From: an uncultured Pelagibacteraceae bacterium | GTDB taxonomy: Bacteria > Pseudomonadota > Alphaproteobacteria > Pelagibacterales > Pelagibacteraceae | Direction of reading: 5' to 3' | NCBI GenBank assembly: GCA_950068185.1 | Contig: CATMHL010000001.1 | Location: 1-58,108 of the forward strand | Length of the DNA: 58,108 bases | Shown: in pieces, positions 40,031 through 50,882 of the stretch | How positions within the stretch are numbered: position 1 is the stretch's first letter | How the letters are laid out: each line of letters starts with the position of its first letter | Notes under the pieces: model-generated | What the model was told of the DNA's origin: nothing | The model's input: only the letters and a program-made list of their open reading frames with translations | Databases searched by the model: none | Translations under genes and position numbers: made by a program

Positions 40031-40813
40031 CTAATTGTACACATTTTTAGAAGAAGGAAATCTCCTCAGTTTTACATCCTCGGAATAATTTTTTATGCAT
40101 TTTTCAATAACTTTTTTCAAATTTGAATATTGTTTAACAAATTTCGGTAAAAAATCACTTAAACCTATCATATCGTCAGTAACAAGTATTTGGCCGTCAC
40201 AATGCATGGACGCGCCTATACCTATTGTTGGTATAGAAACATTTTTTGTAATTTTTTTTGCTAAGTTTTCAGGCACACATTCAATTACAATTGCAAACGC
40301 TCCGGAATTAGAAACGTCTATTGCATCTTCGAAAATCTGTTTTTTTTCAGCAAAGTTTTTTCCTTTAGTTTTAAAGTTGGTCGAAGTCTGTGGCAATAAT
40401 CCAACATGTCCCATAACTGGAATTCCCCTTTTTGTAAGGTATCTAATTATTTTAACTATTTTTTTTCCACCTTCTAATTTTATTGCATCACACTTTGTTA
40501 ATTTTATTACCTTTCTTGCATTTTTATATGCAACAAATTTATTTGTATATGTCTTATACGGCATATCGAAAACTACTAAACTTTTCTTTGTTGAATTTTT
40601 AACGGTCTTTCCATGAAGGATCATTGTTTCGATTTTAACTTCTCTTGTTGTCTTCATTCCATATAAAACCATACCTAAAGAATCTCCGACTAATATTATG
40701 TCACAATATTTATCTGCGATTTGAGCAATAGTTTTAGAGTAAGCTGTCAAGCAAGTTATTGGAATCTTGTTTTTTTTTTTTAAAATTTTATTAATTGTTA
40801 CTTTTTGCATCAT
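40031..40813 (-). CDS. panB: 3-methyl-2-oxobutanoate hydroxymethyltransferase
   Basis: Contains 'ITCLTAYS', 'ILVGDSLGMVLYG', 'VVFDMP', 'AIKLEGG' and 'VMGHVGLLPQ'. Confidence 0.9.
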   Translation of the reverse strand: MMQKVTINKILKKKNKIPITCLTAYSKTIAQIADKYCDIILVGDSLGMVLYGMKTTREVKIETMILHGKTVKNSTKKSLVVFDMPYKTYTNKFVAYKNARKVIKLTKCDAIKLEGGKKIVKIIRYLTKRGIPVMGHVGLLPQTSTNFKTKGKNFAEKKQIFEDAIDVSNSGAFAIVIECVPENLAKKITKNVSIPTIGIGASMHCDGQILVTDDMIGLSDFLPKFVKQYSNLKKVIEKCIKNYSEDVKLRRFPSSKNVYN

Positions 40814-41240
40814 CAGAAGTCATTTTTTCAAATTTTTCTTGAATTTCTTTTTTTTTAGAACAGAAAGATTTGCAAACTAAAACAAATTCATCGAGTAATT
40901 TTTTTGCATGATTATAGTCGGATTGTTTTATTTTAAGAAGCGCAAGCATGTATATCGCTTCATCATTTTGTGGATTTAATAGTAAAACGCTATTTAATTT
41001 AATTTCTTGTTCGAAATCATTGTCATAATTATTGAAAATTTTCGCAAGATATAAATAAGATTTTTCACTTTTTGGATAAAATACTATATCTCTTTCAAAT
41101 AAAATTTTTGATTTATCAAATTCTTTTTTCTGGAAAAGCTCTATTCCTTTTTTAAAGTAATTTGATTCTTTGGCTGTTCCACCTGATATTAGGAATAAAT
41201 AAACAAAAAATATTTTAATTATAATAAAAAATTTTTTCAT
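40791..41240 (-). CDS. Secreted TPR-like hypothetical protein
   Basis: Signal peptide and TPR-like helical repeats (e.g. 'YFKKGIELFQKKEFDKSKILFERDI'). No catalytic motif. Confidence 0.4.
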   Translation of the reverse strand: MKKFFIIIKIFFVYLFLISGGTAKESNYFKKGIELFQKKEFDKSKILFERDIVFYPKSEKSYLYLAKIFNNYDNDFEQEIKLNSVLLLNPQNDEAIYMLALLKIKQSDYNHAKKLLDEFVLVCKSFCSKKKEIQEKFEKMTSDDAKSNN

Positions 41241-41271
41241 AATTTAACCATAAACATTGTTGCATTATGTA

Positions 41272-41889
41272 TCATATTTTTAAAATACCTTTGCAAAAAA
41301 TATAAATTTCTTTGGATTCTTTTTTACTCGATAAAGGTTTATATTTAACAACATTTTTAAAGCTCTTTTTTGCCCTTTCGTTAATCTCGCCAAATATTGA
41401 ACCCATAAATATTTTGGACAAGAAAACACCATTTTCAGATAAAATTTTTTTTGCTAAACTCATTGCGCTTATGCAAAGCTCTCCGGTTCTATATGAATCG
41501 AGTGCTTTATTGCCAGAAGTATTTACGGCCATATCTGATAAAACTACATCGATTTTATTGTTAAAATAAAGCATTATTTTTTCACAAATGTTAACATCAC
41601 AAAAATCACCATGAATAAAATCAACATTATTAATTTTTTCCATAGGTCTAACATCAACTGCTAAAATTTTTCCTTTAATTATTTCTTTTCTTGCTACTTG
41701 AGACCATCCCCCTGGACAGGACCCCAAATCTAATAATGACGAATTTTTCTTTATAAATTTAAACTTTTTATTCATCTCTATTAATTTAAAAGCAGATCTA
41801 GACCTATATCCTTGGATTTTAGACTGTCTAAAAAAGGGATCCTTATTTTGCTTAATTAACCAATTTTTTGAAATTTTATTTTTTTTCAA
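41272..41889 (-). CDS. rlmE: 23S rRNA (uridine2552-2'-O)-methyltransferase
   Basis: Contains 'GYRSRSAFKLIEMNKKF', 'DLGSCPGGWSQV' and 'VLSDMA'. Confidence 0.9.
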   Translation of the reverse strand: MKKNKISKNWLIKQNKDPFFRQSKIQGYRSRSAFKLIEMNKKFKFIKKNSSLLDLGSCPGGWSQVARKEIIKGKILAVDVRPMEKINNVDFIHGDFCDVNICEKIMLYFNNKIDVVLSDMAVNTSGNKALDSYRTGELCISAMSLAKKILSENGVFLSKIFMGSIFGEINERAKKSFKNVVKYKPLSSKKESKEIYIFCKGILKI

Positions 41890-41927
41890 TTATTTATTGT
41901 AATTTTTAAACCTTTGTCACAAAAATT

Positions 41928-42722
41928 TTATAAAACATCTTCGGTTTCCTCTTCGCTGTTAGCAATTAATGATGTTTTGTTTTTATGCCTATAATGAAAA
42001 TAGCTTATTGGAATTAGAAAAATGTAAATCAAACCACTAAAAAATAAGGTTTCAAAAGTATAAAAAATTAAAAGACTTACATAGACTCCAATTCCCAGTA
42101 ATAAAAAAATAGCTAAATGCCTAGGAATTAAAATTCTTTTTAATGAATAGGTAGGTATTTTACTAACCATCAAAATAGATGTTGTTAAAATTGCTATAGA
42201 ACTTAATACTGTGTAATTTTCAAATTGAACTATACCACTTAAACTTAATATAAGAGGCAATAATACTAAACCAGCCGCCGCAGGAGAAGGTACACCCTCA
42301 AAAAAATTTATTTTCCATGTTTCGTTTTCTTCAATAATCATTAAATTAAATCTTGCTAAACGAAGAGCACAACATACTGTGTAGATTAAAACAAACATCC
42401 AACCAAATTTTCCAATTTCATTTAAAGTCCAAAAATATATTATGAAACCTGGCGCTACACCAAAGCTAATAACATCAGTGAGAGAATCTAATTCTTTACC
42501 AATCTTTGATGTTCCTTTTATTAACCGAGCCACTCTTCCATCAAGAGTGTCGAGAATTGCAGCAAACCCTATTGCAATTATTGCCATACCATAATTTGCA
42601 TCTAATGCAAATTTTATTGAACTTAAACCCAAACAAACACCAAAAATAGTTAAAGCATTAGGTAAAAGAGATTTTGGATTTTTTTTTGTAATTAATTTGA
42701 ATTCTTTTTTGTTTTCAAGCAT
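41928..42722 (-). CDS. pssA: CDP-diacylglycerol--serine O-phosphatidyltransferase
   Basis: CDP-alcohol phosphatidyltransferase motif 'DTLDGRVARL...GKELDSLTDVISFGVAP'. Confidence 0.85.
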   Translation of the reverse strand: MLENKKEFKLITKKNPKSLLPNALTIFGVCLGLSSIKFALDANYGMAIIAIGFAAILDTLDGRVARLIKGTSKIGKELDSLTDVISFGVAPGFIIYFWTLNEIGKFGWMFVLIYTVCCALRLARFNLMIIEENETWKINFFEGVPSPAAAGLVLLPLILSLSGIVQFENYTVLSSIAILTTSILMVSKIPTYSLKRILIPRHLAIFLLLGIGVYVSLLIFYTFETLFFSGLIYIFLIPISYFHYRHKNKTSLIANSEEETEDVL

Positions 42723-42726
42723 ATTT

Positions 42727-43377
42727 TTACTTTTTCCTTGCTATTATAGTTTCCCCACCAATTGTTTTTTGGTTTTTTTGAGCCATTAATTGGTAATTTT
42801 CAAAATATAAATCAACTCTACTACCAAATCTGATCATACCAAATCTGTCTCCTTGCGTAGTTTCATCATTTTCTTTAATTTCACAAACAATTCTTCTAGC
42901 AATCAGTCCTGCTACTTGAACCAAAATTAATTCATCTCCATTAGAATTAATCATTTTAACATAATTTCTTTCGTTTTCATCACTCGCTTTATCAAGAGAA
43001 GCATTTATATATTTTCCTGGTTTATAAAATATTTGGGTAATTTTCCCAGACGAAGGAATTCTGTTAACATGACAATTAAAAGCGTTCATGAAAATACTAA
43101 CTCTTGTATATTTTTTGTTTTCTAGACCTATTTCGCTTGGACCATTTGTTTCTATAATTTGTGATATAATCCCATCCGCTGGACTTAATAAATAATTTTC
43201 ATCATTTATCGGAAACCTTTCGGGATCCCTGAAAAAATAATACACCCATACAGTTAAAATGAAACTTACGAATCCAAGAAAATTAGAAATTAATAAAAGA
43301 ATAAAAGTTATTACAGCGCCTATGGCTAAAAATCTATAACCTTCTTTATGTAGTTTCGGAAATAAAAAATCTGTCAT
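42727..43377 (-). CDS. psd: Phosphatidylserine decarboxylase (short form)
   Basis: 216 aa with the self-processing motif 'FGSRVD' near the C-terminus. Adjacent to pssA. Confidence 0.85.
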   Translation of the reverse strand: MTDFLFPKLHKEGYRFLAIGAVITFILLLISNFLGFVSFILTVWVYYFFRDPERFPINDENYLLSPADGIISQIIETNGPSEIGLENKKYTRVSIFMNAFNCHVNRIPSSGKITQIFYKPGKYINASLDKASDENERNYVKMINSNGDELILVQVAGLIARRIVCEIKENDETTQGDRFGMIRFGSRVDLYFENYQLMAQKNQKTIGGETIIARKK

Positions 43378-43450
43378 ATTTATATACTTTGTAATTTTAC
43401 GCTAATATGTATATTAAGTAATTAAATTCAATTGCTAAAATTAAAATATA

Positions 43451-44665
43451 ATGGCAAAAATTAAGGTAAAAAACCCGATAGTTGAGATGGATGGCGATGA
43501 AATGGCGCGAATAATATGGGATTTTATTAAAAAAAAACTAATTCTTCCATATCTAGACATCAACATTAAATATTACAACTTAGGCATAAAAAACAGAGAC
43601 AAAACATCTGATCAAGTAACATTGGACTGCGCTGATGCTATAAAAAAAATTGGTGTAGGTATTAAATGCGCAACAATAACTCCTGATGAAAATCGCATAA
43701 AAGAATTTAAACTAAAAAAAATGTGGAGATCTCCTAACGGAACAATTAGAAATATTTTAGGAGGAACTGTTTTTCGTGAACCCATAATTTGTAAAAATAT
43801 TCCAAAATTAGTTCCAAGTTGGACAAATCCAATTGTAATTGGAAGACACGCTTTTGGCGACCAGTATAGAGCAACTGATTTTATAGTACCTGGAAAGGGT
43901 AAATTAGAAATAAAGTGGACCTCTGAAGACGGAAACGAAAAAAAAGAGTATGAAGTGTTTAATTTCACTGGACCTGGTGTTGCTTTATCAATGTACAATT
44001 TGGACCAATCTATTAGAGATTTTGCAAGAGCATGCATGAATTATGGATTGAATAGAAAATGGCCAGTTTATCTTTCTACAAAAAATACAATTTTAAAAAA
44101 TTATGACGGAAGATTCAAAGATTTATTCCAGGAAGTTTATGAAAAGGAATTTAAAAAAAAATTTGAGGAAAAATCGATTACTTATGAACATAGACTTATC
44201 GATGACATGGTAGCTTGCGCATTAAAATGGAATGGAAATTATGTGTGGGCATGTAAAAACTACGACGGCGATGTTCAATCTGATACCATAGCTCAAGGAT
44301 TCGGATCTCTCGGTTTAATGACAAGTGTTTTGATGACACCGAATGGAAAAACAATAGAGTCAGAAGCAGCTCACGGAACGGTTACCAGACATTATAGATT
44401 ACATCAACAAGGCAAAGAAACTTCGACAAATCCTATAGCTTCTATATTTGCTTGGACCAAAGGTTTAGCTCACAGAGGCAAATTAGATGGCAATGAGGAA
44501 CTAATTAAATTTTCAAACACTTTGGAAAATATATGTGTTAATACGGTTGAAGGAGGACATATGACCAAAGATTTAGCAGTTTTGATAAGCAAAAATTCTA
44601 AATTTTTAACTACTAACCAATTTTTGGACCAGTTAGATCAAAAGTTAAAAAAAACGCTTAATTAA
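43451..44665 (+). CDS. icd: NADP-dependent isocitrate dehydrogenase (eukaryote-like, ~400-aa type)
   Basis: Contains '[16 protein letters not shown]', 'KCATITPDE', '[19 protein letters not shown]', 'HAFGDQY' and 'NYDGDVQSD'. Confidence 0.9.
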   Translation: MAKIKVKNPIVEMDGDEMARIIWDFIKKKLILPYLDINIKYYNLGIKNRDKTSDQVTLDCADAIKKIGVGIKCATITPDENRIKEFKLKKMWRSPNGTIRNILGGTVFREPIICKNIPKLVPSWTNPIVIGRHAFGDQYRATDFIVPGKGKLEIKWTSEDGNEKKEYEVFNFTGPGVALSMYNLDQSIRDFARACMNYGLNRKWPVYLSTKNTILKNYDGRFKDLFQEVYEKEFKKKFEEKSITYEHRLIDDMVACALKWNGNYVWACKNYDGDVQSDTIAQGFGSLGLMTSVLMTPNGKTIESEAAHGTVTRHYRLHQQGKETSTNPIASIFAWTKGLAHRGKLDGNEELIKFSNTLENICVNTVEGGHMTKDLAVLISKNSKFLTTNQFLDQLDQKLKKTLN

Positions 44666-47334
44666 ATATTGTCTATTATATTTAGAAAAGATTTTTCTAT
44701 TTTTTCAGGTAAATTTCCACCCGCTTGTGCAAAATCATTTCTTCCACCTCCACCAGTGCCACCAATCGCTCTTGAGCCCAATTTAACCAATTCTACAGCA
44801 TTATATTTTGTTGCTAAATCGTTAGTGACCCCAACAGCCATTCCGACTTTGCCATCTACAATAGTGTAAACAATAACTATTCCTTTCTTTAAATCTTTTT
44901 TTCCTTGGTCAATTAATGATCTTAATTCTTTAGAAGGAAAACCTTTAATAAGCTGATATCTCACTTTGAGACCTTTAATAGTTTTATCTTTAATCTCGTT
45001 TTTATTCTTATCTTTAAGTATTAATTCGATATTTATTACTTCTAGCTGTTTGTTTAATTTCTTTATTTTTTCATTATTTGGCAGATCACTTACAACAACA
45101 GGTTTTTTGCCTAAATTTTTAATTTCTTTTTCTAAACCTGCTATTTTATCGAAAGTAATTTTATTTAAACTATCTGAATCTTGTTTTTTCTTTTTTAAAT
45201 AATTGGCAAGTTGTTCTGCTCTTAAAGCTTCTACACGTCTAACTCCCGATGCGATAGCAGATTGACTTACTATTTTGAATTCACCAATTTCTGATGTGTT
45301 GTTGACATGTGTTCCGCCACATAATTCAGTAGAAAAATATTTATTTTTTTCTTTTCCCATTGAAAGAACCCTAACCTCGTCTCCATATTTTTCTCCGAAA
45401 AGAGCTAAAGCGCCATTATCAACAGCCTCTTTAGGCGTCATCAGTCTTGTTCTTACCTCACTATTACTTTTAACCATATCATTAACATATTTTTCAATTT
45501 TATTAATTTCGTTTTTCTCTATTGGTTTCATATGACTAAAATCAAATCTTAGTTTATCAGGCCCTACAAAAGATCCCTTTTGGATGACATGTTTGCCTAA
45601 AATTCTTCTTAGGGCCTCGTGCAGTAGATGAGTAGCTGAATGGTAGGCTCTTATGTTCGCTCTTCTTTCACTATCAATTGCGAGATTTATTATGTCTTTA
45701 ATTTTTATTTTTCCCTTAACTAATTTGCCTTGATGAACAAATATATCACCCAATTTCTTTTGGGTATCAACAACTTGAAAATTTGAATTGTTATTGGAAA
45801 TAAATCCAATATCTCCAATTTGACCTCCAGACTCTCCATAGAAGGGTGTTTGATTGGTAACTAACTCAGCTTCATCACCTTCATTGATTATATTTACTTC
45901 ATTTCCTTTTTTAACTAATGATAAAACAACACCTTCAGATTTATCTTTTTCGTAACCTAAAAATTCAGTTGATCCTATTTTGTCTTTTAAATTAAACCAA
46001 ATTTTATCAACGGTCTGATCTCCTGAACCTTTCCATGCAAGTTTCGTTTTTTCTTTTCTTTCGTTCATAGCTTTATTAAATCCAGCTATATCAACGTTAA
46101 TCTTTTTATTTTTTAAAATATCTTGTGTTAAATCCAAAGGAAAACCGTATGTATCATATAGTTTAAAAGCCACATCACCAGGTAAAGAATTGTTTTTTAT
46201 TTTATTCAAATTGTCGTTCAATATTTCCATTCCTCTAATAAGTAGAGTAGAAAATCTTTCTTCTTCGGTCTTTAAAATTTCTGTAATTAAGGGTTCTGCT
46301 CTCTTAAGTTCTGGATACGAATCCGACATTTCTTGGATCAATGTTGGAACAATTTTATAAAAGATTGGTTCCTTGCTTCCTAGAATATGTGAATGTCTCA
46401 TCCCTCTTCTCATGATCCTTCTTAAAACATAGCCTCTTCCCTCATTAGAGGGCAAAACTCCTTCTGCGATTAGAAAGGCGCTGGCCCTAAGATGATCCAC
46501 TATAACTCTATGACTTGCTATATTCTCTTTGGTTATTTTTGTTTTAGTTAAATTCGAAGAAGTTTTGATTAAAATTTTAAAGTGATCTGTTTCGTAATTA
46601 TCGTGAGTACCCTGAAGTAGAGCGGAAATTCTCTCTAAACCCATTCCTGTATCTACTGACGGTTTTGGAAGGTTCACCCTCTCATGCTTTGAAACTTGCT
46701 CAAATTGCATAAATACTAAATTCCATATCTCAATAAAGCGATCTCCCTCTTGGTTTTTGCTACCAGGAGGTCCACCCTTTAAATGATCTCCGTGATCGTA
46801 AAATATTTCTGAGCATGGCCCACAAGGTCCTAGATCGCCCATTGACCAAAAATTATCATTGGTAGCTATCTTATAAATTCTATTTTCCGGTAGTCCTGCA
46901 ATTTTTTTCCATAAATCAAAAGCTTCCTTATCATCTGCGTAAACACTTACACTAAGTTTATCTTTTGATATTTTAAATTCCTTAGTAATTAAATTCCAAG
47001 CTAAATCTATCGCAACATCTTTAAAGTAATCCCCAAAAGAAAAATTTCCTAACATTTCAAAAAATGTGTGGTGTCTTGGTGTATAACCTACATTTTCTAA
47101 GTCGTTGTGTTTTCCTCCTGCTCTAACACATTTTTGTGAAGTAACAGCTCTTTTGTAATCTCTTTTTTCAAGACCGGTAAATACATTTTTAAACTGGACC
47201 ATACCTGAGTTAGTAAACATTAACGTAGGGTCATTACTCGGTACCAAATTGCTAGAATCCACAATTCGATGATCTTTATTTGAAAAGTAGTTTAGAAATG
47301 ATTTTCTTACACTTTTTAATGTTTTTTCAACCAT
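44662..47334 (-). CDS. alaS: Alanyl-tRNA synthetase
   Basis: 890 aa. Contains '[10 protein letters not shown]', '[17 protein letters not shown]', '[10 protein letters not shown]', editing-domain 'HSATHLLH' and 'CGGTH', and a C-terminal DHHA1 '[13 protein letters not shown]'. Confidence 0.95.
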   Translation of the reverse strand: MVEKTLKSVRKSFLNYFSNKDHRIVDSSNLVPSNDPTLMFTNSGMVQFKNVFTGLEKRDYKRAVTSQKCVRAGGKHNDLENVGYTPRHHTFFEMLGNFSFGDYFKDVAIDLAWNLITKEFKISKDKLSVSVYADDKEAFDLWKKIAGLPENRIYKIATNDNFWSMGDLGPCGPCSEIFYDHGDHLKGGPPGSKNQEGDRFIEIWNLVFMQFEQVSKHERVNLPKPSVDTGMGLERISALLQGTHDNYETDHFKILIKTSSNLTKTKITKENIASHRVIVDHLRASAFLIAEGVLPSNEGRGYVLRRIMRRGMRHSHILGSKEPIFYKIVPTLIQEMSDSYPELKRAEPLITEILKTEEERFSTLLIRGMEILNDNLNKIKNNSLPGDVAFKLYDTYGFPLDLTQDILKNKKINVDIAGFNKAMNERKEKTKLAWKGSGDQTVDKIWFNLKDKIGSTEFLGYEKDKSEGVVLSLVKKGNEVNIINEGDEAELVTNQTPFYGESGGQIGDIGFISNNNSNFQVVDTQKKLGDIFVHQGKLVKGKIKIKDIINLAIDSERRANIRAYHSATHLLHEALRRILGKHVIQKGSFVGPDKLRFDFSHMKPIEKNEINKIEKYVNDMVKSNSEVRTRLMTPKEAVDNGALALFGEKYGDEVRVLSMGKEKNKYFSTELCGGTHVNNTSEIGEFKIVSQSAIASGVRRVEALRAEQLANYLKKKKQDSDSLNKITFDKIAGLEKEIKNLGKKPVVVSDLPNNEKIKKLNKQLEVINIELILKDKNKNEIKDKTIKGLKVRYQLIKGFPSKELRSLIDQGKKDLKKGIVIVYTIVDGKVGMAVGVTNDLATKYNAVELVKLGSRAIGGTGGGGRNDFAQAGGNLPEKIEKSFLNIIDNI

Positions 47335-47376
47335 CTATCTTATAAATACAGTTTTTTAGAATGATGTCTAGACGAG

Positions 47377-47406
47377 AAGAAAGGTGCCTATTTAGGCACC
47401 TTTCTT
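47377..47406 (-). terminator. GC-rich hairpin between recA stop and alaS start (candidate recA terminator or attenuator)
   Basis: AAGAAAGGTGCC / GGCACCTTTCTT forms a 12-bp perfect stem with a 6-nt loop. No U-tract follows on either strand, so it is a non-canonical terminator at best. Confidence 0.45.
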
Positions 47407-47431
47407 AAGAGAGCGGGGGGAGCTTAGTTAT

Positions 47432-48529
47432 TTAATTTTTTTTAGGAGAGTCTGTGTTTTCTACTGTTGGATTTCCTTCAGTTTTTTTAGAAATTAACCC
47501 AGCTTTTGTTCTAATTGCCATTTCAATTTCCGCGGCAATTTTAGAATTTTTTTCAAGGAAAATTTTAGCATTTTCTCGACCTTGACCAATTTTTTCTCCT
47601 TTGTATGCGTACCACGCACCCGATTTTTCAACTATATCAGCTTTTGAACCTAAATCGATTAATTCACCAGATTTGCTGATTCCTTTACCATACATAAGAT
47701 CGAACTCTACAACTTTGAATGGAGGTGAAACTTTATTTTTAACTACTTTAACTCTTGTCGCGTTACCAATAATTTGTTCTTTTTCCTTAATGGCTCCTAT
47801 TCTTCTGATATCTATTCTAACTGAAGAATAAAATTTCAAAGCGTTACCTCCTGATGTTGTTTCAGGATTACCAAACATAATTCCAATTTTCATTCTTATT
47901 TGATTAATAAATATAACCATGGTGTTAGTTTTTGATATTGAGCTTGTTAATTTTCTAAGAGCTTGGCTCATCAATCTTGATTGTAAACCTACATGATGAT
48001 CTCCCATCTCTCCTTCTAACTCTACTCTTGGTGTTAAAGCTGCAACAGAATCAATAACTAAAACTGATATGGATCCGGATTTAATCAGAGTGTCAGCTAT
48101 TTCTAGAGCTTGTTCACCAGTATCTGGTTGAGATATTAAAAGTTCTTCAGTTTTAACACCTAATTTATTGGCATAAATTGGATCTAAAGCATGTTCAGCG
48201 TCAATGAATCCACAAATTCCACCGGTTTTTTGAGCTTCTGCCACTACTTGTAAAGCTAAAGTCGTTTTTCCAGATGCTTCTGGACCATAAATTTCTGTAA
48301 CTCTCCCTTTTGGTAAACCTCCGATTCCGAGAGCTAAATCTAAGCTTAAAGATCCCGTTGAAATAGACTCAATATCTAATGAGGTCTTTTGACCAAGCTT
48401 CATTACTGAACCTTTTCCGAAATTCTCATCTATTTGGCTAATTGCCGCTTCTAAAGCTTTGTTTTTTTCTTTGTTTTCAATTTCTTGATTTTTACTTGAT
48501 TTTACTATTTTTAAATTATTTTTAATCAT
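47432..48529 (-). CDS. recA: Recombinase RecA
   Basis: Contains '[10 protein letters not shown]', Walker A 'GPEASGKTT', 'FIDAEHALD', 'VIDSVAAL' and '[11 protein letters not shown]'. Confidence 0.95.
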   Translation of the reverse strand: MIKNNLKIVKSSKNQEIENKEKNKALEAAISQIDENFGKGSVMKLGQKTSLDIESISTGSLSLDLALGIGGLPKGRVTEIYGPEASGKTTLALQVVAEAQKTGGICGFIDAEHALDPIYANKLGVKTEELLISQPDTGEQALEIADTLIKSGSISVLVIDSVAALTPRVELEGEMGDHHVGLQSRLMSQALRKLTSSISKTNTMVIFINQIRMKIGIMFGNPETTSGGNALKFYSSVRIDIRRIGAIKEKEQIIGNATRVKVVKNKVSPPFKVVEFDLMYGKGISKSGELIDLGSKADIVEKSGAWYAYKGEKIGQGRENAKIFLEKNSKIAAEIEMAIRTKAGLISKKTEGNPTVENTDSPKKN

Positions 48530-48578
48530 AATTTTCCTTTTTTTTAAAAAATTTGGTTAGCGAATCATAGATTTAAAT

Positions 48579-48593
48579 GTACACATTTTGTTC
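48579..48593. promoter_or_regulatory. SOS-box-like direct repeat GTAC-N7-GTTC (one mismatch to alpha-type GTTC-N7-GTTC) in the recA promoter
   Basis: On the recA strand it reads GAAC-AAAATGT-GTAC, ending 50 nt upstream of the ATG. It sits in the 16-nt spacer between a TTGATT (-35-like, 48603..48598) and a TACATT (-10-like, 48581..48576). Confidence 0.45.
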
Positions 48594-48662
48594 TTTTAAT
48601 CAATAGGTAATAAAGTCTTTGAAAATTAATGATTTTTAAACAAATCTAGCCAATTGAGACTA

Positions 48663-49946
48663 TTACTGTTTTAAATTAAGTTGCTGCGCTGTTAGACGAC
48701 CAATAGCAGATAAAAGGTCAAATTGAGAGATGAGAAAATTTCTTTCAGAGCTTGCTAAATTCATTCTGGAATTCAGCAAAATTGTTTGCGACTGAATGAC
48801 CTCCAGGGTAGTCCTGCTGCTTCCAGATTCATACTCCAAAGTTATTCCCTCATTTGCTATTTCTGCTGCTTTTACCTGAGTTTTAATCGAGTCTAATACA
48901 CTTTTAGAAGATTGATAATTGGACCACGCATTAGCCACTTCTGTTTTAGCTGCGTTTTTACTATCTTGAAATAAGAGTGCTTTTTGGTTTCTGAGTTCTT
49001 GAGCTTTTCTTAAACCAAACAAATTACGACCTCCAGCAAATAAAGGCCATGACGCCGTTGCTTTCACTGTTTTTTGAGTTCTATCTTTTACAGTTGCGCT
49101 AAAATCATCTTGTTCAGCAATCTTGTAAGATAACGTAGCAGAAGGAGAAAGTTCAGAACCAGCAATCACTACATCCATTTTAGATTGTTCATATTCCAAC
49201 ATAGCTATCAGTTGATCAGGATTTTCAGAATTAGATATATTATAAGCTGCTGCCAAACTTCCAGGTAAACTTAAATTAGTTTTTTTTATTTCTTGAATAT
49301 TTTCTGATGGTTGTTTTCCAATTATCTTCTCAAAATTAGCCTTACTAGTCACTAATTCGTTTTGAGCAGTAATTAAAGCTGCTCTAGCTCCTGCAATAGA
49401 TGATTCTGACTGCGCCAAGTCCGCTAAATTTATTTCACCTTTTTCTAATCTATTCTGATCAGTTTCAACTTGCCTTTCTAATAAGTCAATATTCATTAAG
49501 TTAATATTTACCTTTTTTTTGTTTAATAATAGATCGGTATGAGCTTTTGCAGCAGCTAATAAAGTTTCTTGTTCAATTTTTTTAAGTTTGAATTCTGCTA
49601 AAGTTTGCCCATACATTTTTTTCTTTAAATTTGAAACTCCACTAAATCCTTGAAAAAGTTTTTGCTCTATTTCAATTGATTGTTCTGATGGACGAAAGTT
49701 TGTATCATCCCCTGGATTTGTATTATCCTGTTCGCTTACATATCCAGAAATTGTAACGCTTGGAAGAAATTCACTAATCGATTCTTTTTTTTCTTCTTTT
49801 GAAGCGCGCAAACTTGCTCTTTCTGCGTTTAATTTAGGATTATTTAAATAGGCTGAATTTAAAGAATCGAACAACGTATTTGCTCTTGTCTCATTAATAA
49901 ATAGAGTAAATATTATAATTAAAATAATTTTGTATAAAAAATTCAT
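48663..49946 (-). CDS. tolC: TolC-family outer-membrane efflux protein
   Basis: Signal peptide and two tandem OEP repeats ('LNSAYLNNPKLNAERASL', 'LLNSRMNLASSERNFLISQFDLLSAIG'). Confidence 0.8.
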   Translation of the reverse strand: MNFLYKIILIIIFTLFINETRANTLFDSLNSAYLNNPKLNAERASLRASKEEKKESISEFLPSVTISGYVSEQDNTNPGDDTNFRPSEQSIEIEQKLFQGFSGVSNLKKKMYGQTLAEFKLKKIEQETLLAAAKAHTDLLLNKKKVNINLMNIDLLERQVETDQNRLEKGEINLADLAQSESSIAGARAALITAQNELVTSKANFEKIIGKQPSENIQEIKKTNLSLPGSLAAAYNISNSENPDQLIAMLEYEQSKMDVVIAGSELSPSATLSYKIAEQDDFSATVKDRTQKTVKATASWPLFAGGRNLFGLRKAQELRNQKALLFQDSKNAAKTEVANAWSNYQSSKSVLDSIKTQVKAAEIANEGITLEYESGSSRTTLEVIQSQTILLNSRMNLASSERNFLISQFDLLSAIGRLTAQQLNLKQ

Positions 49947-49950
49947 TCAG

Positions 49951-50874
49951 CTACGATTTAAATAATACTTTCTTAATTTCATGATTTTTTTTCAATAACA
50001 TAAATACTGATGCAGATTTACTTAAATCTGTTATCATTTGCAAAGTAATTCTTTGATAAAACATAATAAAACGTTTTATTTCATTGTAAGACATTATCTC
50101 TTTTTGCAAATGTGACTTTTTTTTCAACTTATTTTCTTGAAGAAGTCTCCATTTCAAAACAACATTAAAATTTGGAATTTTCATAAATATAAAATGATCT
50201 ACCATTGCAAAAAGTTTTTTGTATTCTTTTTTGAGTTTTTCATTTACATATTTTCTCCATTTTAAATCTTTGTCCTCATATTTTTCAAGAATATTTATTG
50301 GTCTTTTTATTAAAGAGTTTGATTGAGGTTTTGCTCCAACACACCACCCTTCCAGGATTACTATTTCAGGTTTTTTTTTTATATTAAACCAATATTTTTT
50401 TTTTAAACGATTATCTTTAGCTTTTTCAAATTTTGGTAATTTAATTTTTGTAAATTTTTTTTTTTTAATAATATCAAAAAATTTTTTAACCAAATTTATG
50501 TCGTGTGTACCAGGTACACCTCTTGTTTTAAGTAAAGGATGTATTGCGTGAGACATTTTGTTACGATCATTTAAAGTTTTATAAAAATCATCAATAGAAC
50601 TAACATGTATTCTTCTTTTAAAAAATTTTTTTAAAATAATTTTTAGAATACCTGTAACTGTTGTTTTTCCTGAACCTTGCCCCCCAGAAAAACCTAAAAT
50701 TAAAGTTTCTCCTTTTTTTTTATATTTATTTTCAATCCAAAATGATATGGGTATATAAATTTTTTTTAAGCTTGTTATTTTTTCTGCTTTAGATTTACCA
50801 AAAATCTTTTCTTTATTTAGGAATTTCAAATAGTCTTCTTTTACGTTGTCAAAACACTCATTAACTGATTGCAT
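49951..50874 (-). CDS. P-loop kinase of the D-glycerate 3-kinase (GLYK/TDA10, COG4240)-like family
   Basis: Contains 'LGFSGGQGSGKTT', 'SIDDFY', 'RGVPGTHD' and 'ILEGWCVG'. Substrate not determinable from sequence. Confidence 0.5.
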   Translation of the reverse strand: MQSVNECFDNVKEDYLKFLNKEKIFGKSKAEKITSLKKIYIPISFWIENKYKKKGETLILGFSGGQGSGKTTVTGILKIILKKFFKRRIHVSSIDDFYKTLNDRNKMSHAIHPLLKTRGVPGTHDINLVKKFFDIIKKKKFTKIKLPKFEKAKDNRLKKKYWFNIKKKPEIVILEGWCVGAKPQSNSLIKRPINILEKYEDKDLKWRKYVNEKLKKEYKKLFAMVDHFIFMKIPNFNVVLKWRLLQENKLKKKSHLQKEIMSYNEIKRFIMFYQRITLQMITDLSKSASVFMLLKKNHEIKKVLFKS

Positions 50875-50882
50875 TGAATTAA

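Noticed and set aside
40095-40616. 173-aa ORF on the plus strand, long for such AT-rich DNA
   Set aside because: It lies entirely antisense to panB, whose translation carries clear family motifs. Its own product is low-complexity and hydrophobic with no motifs. It is a typical shadow ORF created by the codon bias of the real gene.
43612-44037. 141-aa antisense ORF inside icd. Similar cases are 10599-10991 in accC, 911-1306 and 1403-1702 in the AsmA-like gene, 4151-4531 in mrcA, 7529-7864 in rne and 25937-26272 in surA.
   Set aside because: All lie fully within, and antisense to, genes with strong homology signals. None has a start context, motif or independent spacer. They are treated as shadow ORFs, as are all the other 60-110-aa antisense entries in the track.
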